Shown here one piece after another: positions 63,656-64,000 of a stretch of DNA of 64,000 nucleotides. Within the stretch, counting starts at the first letter, position 1, and each line of letters starts with the position of its first letter. A program made the position numbers and the translations under genes. The notes under the pieces are model-generated. The model was not told the origin of the DNA and did not search any database. It worked only from the letters and a program-made list of their open reading frames with translations. Source of the DNA: Fistulifera solaris (Eukaryota); the NCBI GenBank assembly GCA_030295235.1, contig AP026144.1, forward strand, positions 682,001 through 746,000. The letters run 5' to 3'.

Positions 63656-64000
63656 ATGATATCCAGACAAGTAGTCTTGACTGCCGTCATGGCATTTACA
63701 TTCCATCGCGTTGTCGGATTAGAATTTCGGCAAACAGTCCGTGCATGCGACAATTCGCCGGGTACTATTGGGTACAGCCGCATTTCCGACATGAATATTG
63801 ACATTGATCGCGAGTTAGGAGCGATTGCGGGTGGTAAGACGCCTGATGCCACGTATCTATTTATTCTTTGTCCCGACACCCAGTTCGACGTTGAAGACAC
63901 ACCGCTCAATCCGATGCTGGATAATTCCATTTTTGCTTGTGGTGATACTGGTAAAGCGACCGGATGTGTCTTTAAAGGAGGAGCAATTCAAGTGAATGTG
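63656..64000 (+). CDS. 5' part of a secreted Cys-containing hypothetical protein (runs off the window)
   Basis: Open frame to the window end: MISRQVVLTAVMAFTFHRVVG signal-like start, then LCPDTQF...CGDTG...GCVFKGG. Absent from the ORF track because it has no stop in the window. Confidence 0.7.
   Translation, partial: MISRQVVLTAVMAFTFHRVVGLEFRQTVRACDNSPGTIGYSRISDMNIDIDRELGAIAGGKTPDATYLFILCPDTQFDVEDTPLNPMLDNSIFACGDTGKATGCVFKGGAIQVNV

Noticed and set aside
1..64000. tRNA, rRNA or other ncRNA genes
   Set aside because: None recognisable by eye; tRNAscan-SE or Infernal would be needed to exclude them.

Overview
Gene-dense eukaryotic nuclear DNA, most consistent with a pennate diatom. The evidence is short GT-AG introns, bipartite signal+'F/W' plastid presequences, a PSTALRE CDK and TTAGGG repeats. 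About 27 protein-coding genes are supported: plastid-type transketolase, IMP-type peptidase, TruA-type pseudouridine synthase, MtnB-MtnC fusion, cytoplasmic dynein heavy chain, Rab11, class-3 lipase, CDKA2, glucose-6-phosphate isomerase, mitochondrial intermediate peptidase, protoporphyrinogen oxidase, GNAT, FkbM methyltransferase, CDP-alcohol phosphatidyltransferase, NAD(P) transhydrogenase, UPRT and several hypothetical proteins. More than 20 single-base frameshifts, mostly in homopolymer runs, break otherwise intact genes and look like long-read assembly errors. Standout 1: an intronless tyrosine recombinase with a complete R-K-HxxR-H-Y catalytic set, a hydrophobic N-terminus and no visible mobile-element ends, lying head-to-head with CDKA2. 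Standout 2: a K+ channel with four GYG pore loops in one reconstructed polypeptide. Other oddities are a dynein lacking the C-terminal cap and with a shortened AAA2 P-loop, a TACC-like coiled-coil protein, a recurrent intergenic TACCGGTA palindrome, an interstitial telomere repeat and a tandem pair of small genes sharing upstream sequence. Family assignments come from motifs recognised by eye; no database searches were run.
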